Source: Gnetum montanum (lineage: Eukaryota > Plantae > Gnetophyta). From it: a DNA stretch of 64,000 nucleotides. Location: NCBI GenBank assembly GCA_015680685.1, contig MNCI01002119.1, positions 338,923 through 402,922 of the forward strand, written 5' to 3'. Below are positions 1 to 12,736 of the stretch, one piece after another (the first letter of the stretch is position 1; the number at the start of each line of letters is the position of its first letter). A program made the translations under genes and the position numbers. Below the pieces are notes generated by a model that worked only from the letters and a program-made list of their open reading frames with translations, was not told where the DNA came from and searched no databases.

Positions 1-3000
1 TATGATAACCTCCCCCCCAGCGTAAGGCAGGTGTATCTCCTGATGGATAGGTGACGAGACTGCCCTCAGCTGAGCTAACCATGACCTCCCCAAGATCAAG
101 TTGAAGCCTGGCATCTCCTCGACGACTAAAAACGTGGCTTCCGTGGGGAATTGATTCCCCGCCACAAACTCAATTCACACTGTTCCTTTGACCTGAACCC
201 GTGCTCCATTGAATGATTTGACGCAGGCTGTCGTAGTGGGAGCGATCTGGTCAACCAAACCCAACCTATCCACGATGGAATAGGGAACGACATTAGCAGC
301 CGCACCATCATCCACATGCACCCTCCGGATCCGATACTGGCTGACCCGGATGGTTATGAACATGGGCTCCGTCGTCACTTGACCTTTTTCTGGATCATCT
401 TTAACGGACTCGTCCAGAAAGGTCAGCGAGGTGGGCTTGGGTTGCTCGGCCTCAGGAGGAAACATAATAGCGTGTATTGCTTCCTCTTCAGCTGGCAAGC
501 TGGCATCCACTGATATGGACGTCAACATACGTACCATAGCCTCGCGGTGTTCTCGAGAAGTCATCAAGAGGTCATACAAACTCAGCGTTGTGTTTTTCTG
601 CTTCAGAGCTTACTTAACCTGTGTAAAGGCGTCGAGGAGGTCCTTCTCCCGGCAGGTTGGTTTATCCCCCTTACTTTCCTCCACCCGGCCCAAGAGACGG
701 ATCTCGCGAGGTGGGGCGGTGTCAGAAGAGGGACCGTTCGTCTTTCTACCGGAGGAGGGCTGCTGCGTTTCTGTGCCTTTGTCACGCTTCTGAGGCATGG
801 TCATAGGCATAGAGGCCAGGGGCCTAGGCTTCGGGAAGCCGAGCCTAGAACCATTTTCCTCCTTCCGCTTAGGAGGCGATGCTTGATGGTAAGGGTTGGA
901 GGTCTGCCCCTGCGTGAGAGGAGCAGCCTGTGGTAGGGGCGCCCTAATGACGAAGGGCGCTCTCGGTGTGGGCGCAGACGAAGCTGCGGCTTGGGCTGTA
1001 GCGTGTGACTGAGGCCGTACCTGAGAAGGCGCCCGTATAACGAACGGCGGCCGTGAGGCCCCACCTGCTGCCNNNNNNNNNNNNNNNNNNNNNNNNNNNN
1101 NNNNNNNNNNNNNNNNNNNNNNNNNNNNNNNNNNNNNNNNNNNNNNNNNNNNNNNNNNNNNNNNNNNNNNNNNNNNNNNNNNNNNNNNNNNNNNNNNNNN
1201 NNNNNNNNNNNNNNNNNNNNNNNNNNNNNNNNNNNNNNNNNNNNNNNNNNNNNNNNNNNNNNNNNNCACAGAAACGGTCCAGCCGGAAAGATCTCGAAAC
1301 CGCTGGCTCATTGGGTAGAGCTAAAGAGGGGTCCTTCAGCAATTCACAGTTACGTCTGTGACGCTTCAGGGCCTCTTCGGACACCTTCTTAGTTTGAATG
1401 TGTCCTGCCGCCAACAGCTGTTTTAGCAGTTCGGAGTGTTTTACTGGTAGAGCCGCGTATTTTGAGCGGTCCTTGCGCTCAAAATTCGGCCTCGGCTGGG
1501 GGGCCGGTTCAGGGGCAGGCGCGGCCTAGCTGGTGCCGGCACCAGCCGTGGCCTCAGGTGGTGTTGTTGTCGGAGCTTTCTTGTTCTTGTTCCTTGCATT
1601 CTCAGTCAGTGCGGCCACAGTAGTTGTCGTTGCCTTGCCTTTATCTTTGGCTTTGTTGTGCATGTTCTTGTAAGCAATGTACGCCGGGTCCTTGCTAGCC
1701 TCCGCAGCATCTTGAATGCTCCGGACTTGAACGAAGGCTTGACGTATGTCTCCAGGGGAAAGATAATATAGCTTGGACTTGATAAAGTCATTGACTTCTC
1801 CCTTGAATATAGCCAACATGTGGGAATTCGCGATCGGGTCACGAATCTCATTCAAGGTGGCATTCCAACGCTGTATGAACTTTTGGACTGGCTCGAGCGG
1901 GTCTTGTTTCACTCCCATAAGCTGCTCCAATGTGACTTCCGGCTTCACATTGTACCGGAATCTGGTCACAAATTGGGTCAGCAACTCTTCCAAAGTTGAA
2001 ATGGAAGAGCGTGGGAGAGCTCGGTACCAGTCTAGAGCCTTCCCTGTTAAGGACATCGCAAAGACTCTGACCAAAGTATGTGGCCATTGTTGCAGCAACA
2101 AGGATTCGTATCTAAAGGTGGCCAAGTGGGTGTTGGAATCCCCCTCCCCATTATACTTCGTAAAATGCGGGAGAGACATCCCTGGCGGCAACGACAACAC
2201 GGGGACCGCTGGATTAATTGGATCATCTTGGTAGAAATCTGTGATCTGAATGGTGTCAGATCCAGCGGTCTTAAGGCGTCGTACCTCCTCAGTAAGGGTT
2301 TGGATAAGGTGAAACGCTTGATCCAGACCTGTTGAAGGAGGCGTCTGTGTAGCAGGCATAGGAGTAGGAGGTTGTTGGTTACCTGCTGGCGGCGTAGGGG
2401 TCCGTGCAGGTTGGGAGACCTGCGCAGGTCCCCACCCGCCAATTTGTGACGCGGGGTTAACAATTGCCTGCTGCGGAGCATAATGATAGGTGTAACGAGG
2501 AAGCACCCGTGAAAATTGCGCCGCTGGTGCTGGCGGGGGTTGGGGATCGTAAAAGGCAGATGGATATTGTTGCACAGCAGGGTCAGCCCACTGACTTGTC
2601 GCAGGGTATTGAAGAAAGGGTGGTTGTGGCATGGTCAGAGCATGTTGCTGCGTCGGCGGGGGCAGCAACCTTTGCGCCGAGCGAGTCGTCGGAACCTGAG
2701 GGATGGACTGAGGCGCAGTGGTCGCCGAGATCCCCGCTGGGATGCCGAGTACGTGTTGGGATGGGCCCGCCCCTGCGTCATGGCGCAGTGGTTGTGTTTG
2801 CCACCCAGACAGCTGCGTCTGGGCTAGCGGGAAGCCAGAAAGTTGTGCCTGCGCGGTTGCAGCTGGGTTAAGAGAGGCTGCCTCTCCGTCAAAAGGAAAC
2901 AACGGGTCTTCTTGTGTGTGGAGGGGCAAAGTATGGAATGAATTCTCCGACATGGCCGCGAATTCATCCTCCGCGTCTTCCTCCCGCTGGGGTTCCGCCA

Positions 3001-3388
3001 CAGGTTGGGCAGCCTGGCCTCTGGCCATGATCAATCGAGAGATGAGCTCGTTATGGTGCTCGGTTAAGGGGATTATATCGTAAACCGTGGGCTTAAAATC
3101 GTAACCCCCTCGATGGAGCACCTCAAAGTTTCGTTTTGCCTCAAGCTCGGCTCGGCTGAGGGGCAACCTCGCTTGGATCTTGACGCAAATGAAGTTGTAG
3201 TCTTCAGGAGTTATGACCGTGAAGATAGGGTCTTTCCCCTGAAGCCTTAGTGAACGGCGCAAGGGTCCCTGAGGACCGGTTGCACCGGAGGCTGGCCCTA
3301 TGGTCACTGTCGGGTTCACAGGTGCGACACCCGGATCGACAGTGGTCATGGCAGTTGTAGCAGTTGTGTTTGAATAATAAGAATCCAT
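1..3388 (-). pseudogene. gag: Element A gag-protease polyprotein with a few premature stops and an assembly gap
   Basis: 620-aa ORF 1526..3388 with retrotransposon gag core (FTKYNGEGDSNTHL..FAMSLTGKALDWYRALP). Reading continues in frame past the TAG at 1526-1528 into ORF 944..1414 (up to LDRFC). Protease motif RVHVDDGAAANVVP...GFNLILG. Stops at 1526, 610 and 175 are compatible with C>T changes of Gln/Arg codons. Confidence 0.9.
1073..1266. other. Assembly gap (194 N)
   Basis: Run of n characters. Confidence 1.
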
Positions 3389-3613
3389 GGATCAAAGATA
3401 AAAAACAAATGAGTGGCTTTGAACCTAGAAGAACGAAAAGTTGGCAAAAAGCACAAAAGGCTTTCTACCCTGCCGGATTTCAACGAAATCGTCTTTGCGA
3501 CCGATCTACACCACACGATTGACCTTAGACCTCCTTAGAGGTATTACGTCTACGGCCTAGGGTATGGATCTCTAAATAGGGTTACCCGAAATATTCGGAT
3601 CGGAGCCTAAAGG

Positions 3614-3630
3614 CCCTCCTTCTAGCGCCA
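3614..3630 (-). promoter_or_regulatory. Primer binding site of A (tRNA-Asn type)
   Basis: Minus strand TGGCGCTAGAAGGAGGG, 6 nt from the LTR end. It complements the plant tRNA-Asn 3' end CCCUCCUUCUAGCG-CCA. Confidence 0.9.
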
Positions 3631-3636
3631 GAAAAC

Positions 3637-5162
3637 TGTAACGACAGAAAATGTCGGCAGCTGGAAATACCGACCGATGTTCCGGCGTACACAGTTTTAG
3701 CCACGGATCCGCGTGAGGGCTATGCTGGAAAAACGAATCCGCGGCGCCCTGAACGGTCTTGTCGATCAGACAGGGACTTACAGGTCAGTAAAACAATGTA
3801 AAGCGCGCAAAAGAAAGCGGTCTGATTTCGCGGGGGCGTAAAAACAAAGGAAAAACTATGCGATCGGATTGCAACAACGATAATGCTGAATACGATAATA
3901 GGAGGCTGGCAAAAGAGAAACACGTAGCTTCAAGATCTACACTTTGACTCACAGATGTATATCTCGCCTGAGAAATTACACTGGGGACTCCCCAATTACA
4001 GCGTGTGAAACAAGCACAAAACAACAAGCAAAAATGGTCTGAACAGAAATTCGATCTACCTCGTGGGCTAAGCTTAGATGCAAGGCCGACCAAGCTTCAA
4101 CCTCTACCAATCAACTGTGTCTGATCGATAAAGTCTTTTCAGCAGAAAGATTCTTCCTGTCACCGATGCTCAAATCCGCACTCTGCTTCGGCTGTAAAAG
4201 TGATGATTTCTCTGAGCCAAAGTGCCGGTCTTTGTATTTCTGCTCCAAAGTGCTAAATGCTCTGGTGCTCAAAAGTATGCTCACCTGAATTTTTTCCAAC
4301 CCTGGTATCTCTGTTAATTGAGGCATTTATAGGTCACGACGCTTCCTGGAAAAGGCATAACCCTAATGACGTAGGTCCCGGATATTGCGGGCCCTACCGA
4401 CATGATCTTTTAAGTCAGGCTGTGACTACGCACAACACGCTTGTTTGCGTGTTGTGCGTGTAAGAATGGACATATGCAGGGTGTATCACTCATCCGCGTT
4501 GCGTTGCGTGTATGAGCGTACTGATGTAGAAACAATGAGTTCAAGATCGTTTTACGCTCGTCACGCAGCTGTGCGTGGCAAAGCGTAACTGTATCGTACG
4601 CTCACTACGCAGCCGTGCGTGGTGAAGCGTAAACCAAGTTTTGACTTACGTTTGTTACACAACCACGCGTGATAGAGCGTAAACGATGCATAACTTACGC
4701 TTACCACGCAGCGGCGCGTGGTGGAGCGTAAGGAGAGTACAACTTTGAATCATGACCCACGCACTGGTACGCATCGCTGCGTAACTAGCGTAAGGACCAC
4801 TTATGTTATGCGCCGCAGGAAAAAGTGCCGAGTCATCGTACCTTTCTGGATTTTGCCTTCAAACTGCTTTGGAGCTTATTACGCTCATCACGCTGCCGTG
4901 CGTTGTAGAGCATAAACTTATCCTTGAATAAATTCGCCGTTGGCTGTTTCGGAGCTTATTACACTCATCACGCTGCCGTGCGTGATAGAGCGTAAACTTG
5001 TCCTTAGCCAAATTCGTCATTAGCTGTCTTGGAGCCTATTACGCTCATCACGCTGCCGTGCGTGATGGAGCGTAAACTCGTCCTTAGCCGAATTCGAGGC
5101 GCGTTCTTGCTCAATTTACGAATCTTCGCCTGAGGCCGACCCGTAATTTTCACGGTGTTTCA
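3637..5162 (-). repeat. 5' LTR of element A (about 1.5 kb)
   Basis: TG..CA termini; minus-strand start TGAAACACC shared with the other LTRs; abuts the PBS; TATA-like TATAAAT near 4326-4332 on the minus strand. Confidence 0.85.
4550..5080. repeat. Repeated imperfect palindromes in the U3 region of A's LTR
   Basis: Several copies of TTACGCTCATCACGCTGCCGTGCGTGATAGAGCGTAA. The last three sit at about 80-nt spacing (near 4879, 4959, 5039). Confidence 0.8.
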
Positions 5163-5169
5163 CTCACCT

Positions 5170-6560
5170 TGAGAATGCCCTCCCTAGGAGCGTTCTTCCT
5201 AAGAGCACCCTTTTTGGGAGTGTTCTCCCTAAGAGTGTCCTCCACGAGCATGCCTTTCTACATACCAAATTTATAAGGGTGTAGGATGGTATCACATAAC
5301 CTTGTCCAATCAACATATATGGAGAGAGGTAGCATTCTCCCTAAGAGTAGTGCATGGTGCTCTCATGAGAGTCCTCTCCATTAGAGCACCTTGCATAGCT
5401 ACACTGGCGAGAGCACTCTCCTAAGAGTGCTTCATGCAGCGCTTGTGAGAGTGCTCTCCCTAGGCATGTCTCACGTTGCACACATGATAGTGTTCTCTTT
5501 AAGAGTATCCTCCCTAAGAGCACCTGATGAGTGGCAAGGTACCCCTATGCTCAACTATATGAATATGAGTATGTACGTGCAATCTGATTGAACTCTGTGG
5601 ATGGACTAGTTGTGGCACCTAGATAGTTATACGTTGCTCGTAGTTCGCTATCTTCTCACTTGGACTAGTATTTGCTTGGTCACATATGGTTTAGTCTAGA
5701 GTGAGATATATGATGTGGTTCCTACTACTATTCTATTCCTAAGAACAATAAGAGATAACTTAATTAAGCTAATTAAGCTAATGGGCAATAGAAAATAAGA
5801 TCTAAGCTAGCCTAAGTACGATGAGCATCTATCCTTAATCATCCATATGCATCTTGGACTCGTGTACTACTTCTGGGATTACCAAGTGCACATAACTCGA
5901 AGCACTATTCAATACGCTATTCAGTTACCATGTAGTTACACTTAAATGTTCATGATTAAGGCATACTCATTCCATGTTAACAACATGAATAGTAAATGAT
6001 GATAAAAAATATAAACTAAGAAAATAGTAATAAATAATCAATAATTAAAATAATTAAAAGCTAAGTGAATGCTACAATGATGGATTAATCTCGATCTTTA
6101 TTACCGATCATGTATGTGTCCAAGTACATCACACTTGAACAAAGGTGTCGTATAATTACAAACATCACACTATGGGCATGCACAGAGAATAACTAAAAGC
6201 TAAATTGCCAAAAGAAAATAAATTTTAACTCCCTAATGATCTAGCTACTACCTCACTGTGCACCTAAGTACTATATTTATAGGCTAACACAAGAATCATG
6301 ATATCATGTATACGATATCATATCTAGGCTATGATACTGTGTACCCAATATCAGGGCCTGGTAGACTATGACTAAGCAGCATCTTACGCTACGCACATGT
6401 CAGTGTTCTCCTTGAGAACACCCTTGTTGAGAGCATTCTCTTAGAGATCACTCTCCTTGAGAGTGCCCTCCCTAAAATGCCCTTCCTTTGAGCACCCTCC
6501 TTGAGAGCACTCTCCCTGAGAACACCCTCCCTGAGAGTGGTCTCCTTGAGAGTTGTCCTC
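5170..6560. repeat. Degenerate tandem repeat of about 19 nt (GAGAGCACTCTCCYTRA-like), split by an insertion at 5525-6402
   Basis: Recurring gagagcactctcc / gagtgccctccc / gagcaccctcc units at 5170-5230, 5340-5524 and 6403-6560. Confidence 0.65.
5525..6402 (-). mobile_element. Probable solo LTR of a different (Athila-like) family inserted in the tandem repeat
   Basis: Bounded by TGATGAGTG and CATGTCA; minus-strand TATAAATATA near 6272-6281; the same repeat lies on both sides. The target-site duplication is not convincing (GCACC vs GTGTT). Confidence 0.45.
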
Positions 6561-6639
6561 TATCGAATGGCATGTACTTGCTCCATTAAGAGGGTTCTAT
6601 TTTCTCTAGCTAAGTAACTTATATCTTGGTTGAATCTTA

Positions 6640-8599
6640 TTAATTTTTCTTACATTTGTTGAAAACTTCCTTTAAGAACATTCTTCTATTTTTCAATTGT
6701 CATCAACAGAATATTTTTGGCAGCAAGTAGTTTATTCTCTTCTTGTAAGGCCTTGAGAGCTTTAACATGTGCATACGTATGAGCTTCTGCTTTTGAAGAA
6801 TCCTAATCAACCTTCTCTTTTTCCATCACCATCCTTTTTTCTCCATTAACAATTCATTTAATAGCTCTATTCTAAAATATTCTAATTGATCGGCTACAAC
6901 AAGTTGGGATGGATCCCACCATTCAACTTGTAGGGCTACAAACTTTTCTTGGAGTCTCTATAACTTGGCTTCTACATGTTCGACCCTAACCTCAATCATG
7001 ATCAAATTCCCTTTAGTGTAAATGGGGTTTGATTGTGTCACTGTGACATCTTGGGGGATGTTAAATAAGGACATCATAACTTGTCATGTTTGCAACAAGT
7101 GATCCAAAGCATCCTCATGTTCCACAAGAGTCATTGAGGTATCGGCCAAAACTTGAGTATCACATGCTCCTGTGAAATCTACCAGTGGCACAATAGGATG
7201 TTAAAAATTTTTTTGATGTGGTATGTCACCACCTTTACTACTCTAGCTACATCCTAGTGTTGAATGACCACCACTATGACACCTTCACCAGTTTCTAATT
7301 ACACTTGGAATGATGCAGCATTTCCAAAGATTTGTTGTGACTAGTGTGATTCCCGTCCTCCTAATTAAATTGAGACTTCATCCCTTACAAGGTCAATTGA
7401 TATGGTGGGTCATACAACATTATCAATCACCTTCAAAAAATTGGCCTCATCTCTACTCCCCTAACTGACTGTCTTCACGATGGCCCTAAGATGGCTCATC
7501 AACAGTTACTAATCTTGTGACGGCGATGGTAGTTGCTAGTTTTGCTAGCCTATGGGCTATGTGCTAGGCCCTACTTCTTATTATTGGCTAGGCCTTGTGT
7601 CTAAAAGTTGGCTAGGCCTTGCTGTTTGAGGAGCAATGGGCCCAATCATATGTTCTTGTTTAGGCTCCAACATCTCACCAACATCTTTTCTTGGTGCTGG
7701 TGGCTTGAGTAATTCAGCATATGAAGCATTTTAAGCTTTTCTAAGGATGTCATTGGTGTACCCCAGAATTCTAGCATGTTGGCATAGCTTCTTAATTAGA
7801 CATGGAAAGGGCAGTGCAAACTTTCCTATCTTCTATTCTTCAAACCACCTTAATATTTCTATTAATATAGATGAGGAAAATTGGCATCAACCTTGCCCAT
7901 CAAAATTGCACTTCCTCTTGCCGCATAGGTAGAAATTTTGTTTAACCTCTTTGTTGGGAAAATATGATAGATACCAATTTTAAAGTAAATCCTTTCTTCA
8001 AGGGTTAATTCTCCATATGTCTTATCTTCTTTACCATATGCCTCTTTGAACCATACTTTCCTTGCATTTGCATCAAAGCAAGTTGACAAATGAGCAAATT
8101 TGGGCCCTTTATTTGGAAGATTCAAAATTTTTGCAATGGCCTTTGTTGATAAATCTACTAAAATTCCACCAATATCAATGGTGGTTCCCTCTTCTTTATT
8201 GTGCCAAAACTGATATGTTTCACCCAAATACCATTCTCCACTCTCCAAGAGGATAAGCCATAGTGAAGAGCCCTTAAGTAGATTCTTAACTGGTTCATGC
8301 GAAAATTTGATAAAAGGCCCAAAATTAAGTTCCAAAATCATGGCATAGGATGTGGACTTTTCTTGAATGGCTTGAAAAAATTCTAGGGACAACATGAGGT
8401 GATGTCCTTGTTCTGGCACCCTGACCTCTCCACCTCCTACTTGGCCAAATTGTGTAGTGAAAGGAGTTTCCTAATGGATGCTGAATGATTCTACCTCCTA
8501 CTCTGCATGTTCTGCATGAGTTCCTTTGCCTCTACCTCCTCTTGGGCATTTGGTTGCACCTTGAGAAGGTCCTCCATGTTGTCTTCTTTTAGGGGCCAT
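6640..8599 (-). pseudogene. Decayed extra ORF of older element X (Transposase_32 / Athila-ORF1-like plant transposon protein with a C-terminal coiled coil)
   Basis: ATG at 8599 (MAPKRRQ..) directly after an AG and in frame with ORF 7862..8419 (YQFWHN..IDIGGILVDLSTKAIAKILNLPNKG). After a frameshift it reads LPFPCLIKKLCQHA, typical of this family. The 3' boundary is approximate. Confidence 0.6.
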
Positions 8600-9861
8600 C
8601 TATAATCACATAAGGATCGATTGCTAGTAAGGTTATTTACAAAAATTTAGTTATCTTATACCTTGCTCATTGCCTTTAACAAGTGTCTAATTCTTTGATT
8701 AGTATGATTCTAGAGTTAGAATTTTTTCAAGGAAGTTTCCCTAAAATTTTAATGTCAAACCTGATCTATTTAGGTGACTCATATAATAACTTAGATGGCT
8801 AGGGTGAAGGGAGAAAATTAGTTTGGCATGAATTTCTGATAGTACTTACCCTTATGATATCCTTTGAGTGATAGCAAATTTCAAAAAAATTATGTGCAAG
8901 TTCTATAATATCCCTTCCCCACAACTAAGTTAAAAACTCCAAGTTTAATTAGATTCAATCAGAAAACAAATCGAAGTGTTGAAGAGTAAAATATTGGAAG
9001 TTGAATTTGGACTTGAAAAGCTCTAAAAATCATGGAAGAAAATTTGAAAAACTTCCCCCATGTCAATTATTGAAAATGACATGTGGTGCCTAAGGGTCCC
9101 CTATATATACTTTTTATGGATGCAATATCATGTACACGATAGCGCATACCCAATATCATGTCCCAACCAAGATAGGGTACTTAGTAGAATTGGTAATTTT
9201 TTGAGTTTTTAGTGTCAAAATTGAAGGATTTGAGGTAGATTCGAAAGATCTAGTGTAATAGCAAGTGGGAATTGAGGCACTGAAAGTGTAATGAAGTGGG
9301 GTCATACAATGGAGTTCTTTGAAAAGGATGAGGAAAAATGGCATGTAATGGTTCTAAGGAATGTTTGAGTAAAATGATGATAAAGGAAAGAATAGATTTG
9401 GTAATGGAGTACTCAGAGGGTATAAAATGATGTGGTGATGTGCAACAAGTACAAATTACAAAAGTCACATAAGTGGGTCCTTCCCAAAGTAGGTTCCAAC
9501 CTATTATGTCCTTGTGTAACCACATCTTAAAATGTCCATAGGCACTAGAAAGGTTAAATGCAATCCACACATGTGCAACAAAAGACACATATGTCAAGTA
9601 CCACCGCTATGAGGTATGAATTCTATGCCACACAAGATATACGTTAGAAGTACTTAGACCATGAAATGAGATGAATTGTAGAAGGGATTGCAAAGATTAG
9701 GATGTAAGGTAGCTCACCCTAGGCACAATGAATCCTAAGTGTTGTGCATGATTAAAGTACCATTAGCCTTTCAATCCAAGATCAAAACCAAGTCCATACC
9801 TCTAATCAGTGACATCACATTGTTTCATCCCAATGATAAACAATCATAAGAGCATCATGAT

Positions 9862-11749
9862 TGAAACACCATAAAATTTCAGCACCCTAATGCTTCAGTA
9901 GAGCCTTCGAATTTTGGCAAGGATTTCCACAAGTGCATCATCACGATGGGCTATCAGAATAGTGTAGGCACTAAAGATAGACTATACAGTCTAGCAAGTT
10001 TTCTAGCTCTAGGATTGACAGGCTTGTTGGAATCTCCAATCTACCCAACTGGACAATTAGCCTAGCTAACAATCTACCCAAGGACCATGCTAGGAGTTGT
10101 TGAAAGTGTTCAGGATAAGCTAAACATTTTGGCAAGTTTTCTAATAGAGAAATCTGCTACACTACACAGCGTAGCAAGCCTTGAAGAGACCAATTAAGCG
10201 TCTAAGATGAAAGATGATATCAAGTCAATCTTCCAAATCATTTATCCATGTTGCAACCATTAAGAAAGCTTGCTTCACCAACATAGGGTGCTATGCTATG
10301 CTACGCCATGCATCATAGCACAAAGTAGTAGGGACAGTGCACACAAAGGACCCCCTACCAAGTGACTCAAACAAGGGGATTGCACTTGGCAATGCTTCGA
10401 CCTCCAAAACTGGCTATCCCACTTAATCCTTAGGCCTCAAGCAAGGTTTCTTGGTAAAAATGGTAGATTAAATAAGGATGCATGACACATTGGCTGCTAC
10501 AAAGTGCTATGCTACATAGCATAGCACAATGTAGCAATGATGCAAAACCAATAGAATGCCCCAAGGATGAACTCAACAAGTCCAAAGGCTTTCCGACATG
10601 GAGGACAAAAGTTGTAGTTGTTTTCTTAACTAAGCCTTAGACAAATGCTCTTAGTTTCTATGCAAGACCTTTGTTAAAACCAGTGGCTATGCTCTGCTAT
10701 GTAGCATAGCAAGCAGTTACTTACGCTACACCAACATGCTGAACAGTGTAAGTAGTGCAACACTTACATGGAGGCATAAAAACACCTTCAGTTAGCTCCA
10801 AAACTTGTTGGCAACGATCATTCTCACCTTGACACCTCTTCGATAGATAAAATCAGCAAGTTTGCTTCATTTTTCATACCCCTGGTCAATCCCCAAAATT
10901 GTTCCTACGCTTGACCTTGCTCGCAAGAGTAGGGAAGACGTAGTCATAGAGCATAGGCTCCATTTTGTTTTCATTGTTGGCATGCTTTCTAGATTTTTGC
11001 ACATGTAGATTTAGCAGTATGTTCATAGCGTAACAAGGTTCACATCCAGCATTTTGCACCTACATAGTACAACCATGTTTGCACCTTGTGGGGCCCAGGA
11101 CATGTGGCATCCAGACCAAATTTTTCTCCTACTCTTGGCCCTATAAATACCTCGACGAGCAATGCTCAAAGGGTTGGCTTTTTGCATGGTTGGCTTTCGA
11201 AGAGCATAGTTGGCATTTTTAGCACTCTAGTTGGCTTTTAGTTTTCTGGTTGGCTCCAGACATTCCTTTGTGAGCTTAGCATTTTGGCATCTTAATGAGA
11301 AAAGTGGCAAGTAGAAGAATCCTGAACAACAAGCTACCAACTATAGTTCAGAGATCTATGACCATACTACTCTGTGTAAGCTATGCCTCTTCAGTGATGC
11401 ATGTTCAATTGTACACCTTCCAACAAAACAAAGGATCAAATCCACAACCTTGGGGTGGTGCACTTTCTTACCAAAGTTTGTTTTTCTATTTGTTTACTAT
11501 CATTGTGTTTTGCATTGTTTTCATCGTTTTACATTTATTGATCATTGATTTACTTTGCATACATCATTTCCAAAATGAAAATTTACTAAAGGTTAAGATA
11601 CATCAATTAAGTCCCTATCTGATTGACCAGACCATTCAAGGCACCCCATTTCTGTTTCTCTCCAACATGGCCCTGACATGGATCCGGGGTTAAACTGTTC
11701 ACCCGGCAACCTCTTGGTGTTTCTGCCACCAATGTTTTCGGTCACTACA
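9862..11749 (+). repeat. 5' LTR of element B
   Basis: Starts TGAAACACC, ends GTCACTACA, TATAAATA at 11142-11149; collinear with the E LTR. Confidence 0.85.
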
Positions 11750-11754
11750 ATTTT

Positions 11755-11771
11755 TAGCACTAGAAGGATGG
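11755..11771 (+). promoter_or_regulatory. Degenerate PBS of B
   Basis: TAGCACTAGAAGGATGG versus consensus TGGCGCTAGAAGGAGGG. Confidence 0.75.
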
Positions 11772-11990
11772 TCTTTTTTGTTCTCTTTCTACATCTATTA
11801 GGTAGTCTTGCATGTTTTCTATACCTTGTCACCTACTAGGGTAGACATGACACCCTTGTGGTTGTCTACGGATTGTGTGGTGCATACTGGTTGCAACGAC
11901 GGTTCCTTTGGAACCTGGTAGGATGAAAAGCCTCCGATCACTTATTGATCTCTACGTTTCTCATTTGTGATTTCCTTTTGATCACTCAAA

Positions 11991-12736
11991 ATGATTCCCA
12001 CAAACACTTCCATTTCCACCTCCAACCTTGAGGCTCCTTTCTCAGCTCAAAACACCATAGGTATCGAGTGACCACCTAGCCCAGTGCTGGCACCACGTCA
12101 GTCTCTTAGGATCTGACATCTGTCACCTGAGTTCTTGGCACAATACGTAGAGCGTTATGACTTCCTCTATGCAAAGATCCAAGTAAATCTGCCCCTGGAT
12201 AACTAAGAACTTGAGGAAAAACACAACTTTGAATTCCTTCATCGAAACAGGAGGGAATTTACCCCTACTCCTGATGTTTCCATCCATCTAAAGGAAATGT
12301 ATCAGTGGCTCATAGACTAGCTGATGCGAGTCAGTAAGTTTAGGGAACGAGATATGAAGTCCCATTACAATGAGGCATTCTAGGATGGACAAGAATACCT
12401 GGACTCCCATTTTGAGGGTGGTGGCCAAGCCTACCCTATGGTTATTCCTCCCACCATGGTCTTCCGGTCGAACCCGCTCTTTGTTTCTTTCCCCTTCATG
12501 GTTGCCACAACCCTATCACAATTTGCACACTTGTCAATCATGGCAAGTCATTCTATACCTCCTATGTATCAACAAGGGGGCCCTTCAACTTTGACCCCAG
12601 TCACCCTGCCTTCTTAGTCTACTCCAGCGGCATACCAAACATCGATCACAACTATGCTACCATATGTCCATACTCTACCTACATCTCAGTCACATGTGAA
12701 CTTCACCTCTGCTCCCTCATATGCACCTGTTCCACC
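11991..12736 (+). pseudogene. gag: gag N-terminal fragment of B
   Basis: ATG at 11991; YDFLYAKIQVNLPLD..EEKHNFEF block matches the gag N-terminus of A, C, D and E; many stops. Confidence 0.75.

Larger units (their letters stand above)
1..5162 (-). mobile_element. Element A: 5' half of a Tat/Ogre-type Ty3/Gypsy LTR retrotransposon (continues left of the window)
   Basis: Read on the minus strand: LTR starting TGAAACACC (5162), LTR end ..GTTACA (3637), PBS, gag, zinc-knuckle region, protease. Homologous to C, D and E but GC- and CpG-richer. Confidence 0.92.
9862..12736 (+). mobile_element. Element B: 5' LTR, PBS and start of gag, truncated by insertion of element E
   Basis: LTR 9862-11749, degenerate PBS, and gag N-terminus homologous to that of E; ends abruptly at the E LTR start. 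Confidence 0.85.

Noticed and set aside
610-612. Stop codon at the same Gln position in A and in E (~54370), suggesting programmed readthrough
   Set aside because: C and D have Gln here, and CAA/CAG to stop is the dominant methylation-driven mutation across the window.
3614-3630. tRNA-Asn-like sequence (also 49161-49177)
   Set aside because: Only the 3' 17 nt including CCA match and they sit next to LTR ends; these are PBSs, not tRNA genes.
11295-11693. Hydrophobic ORFs in LTR U5 regions (also 20344-20757, 38563-39009, 50779-51048) as possible env-like or membrane proteins
   Set aside because: They arise from T-rich LTR sequence, and their frames are not preserved between homologous LTR copies.
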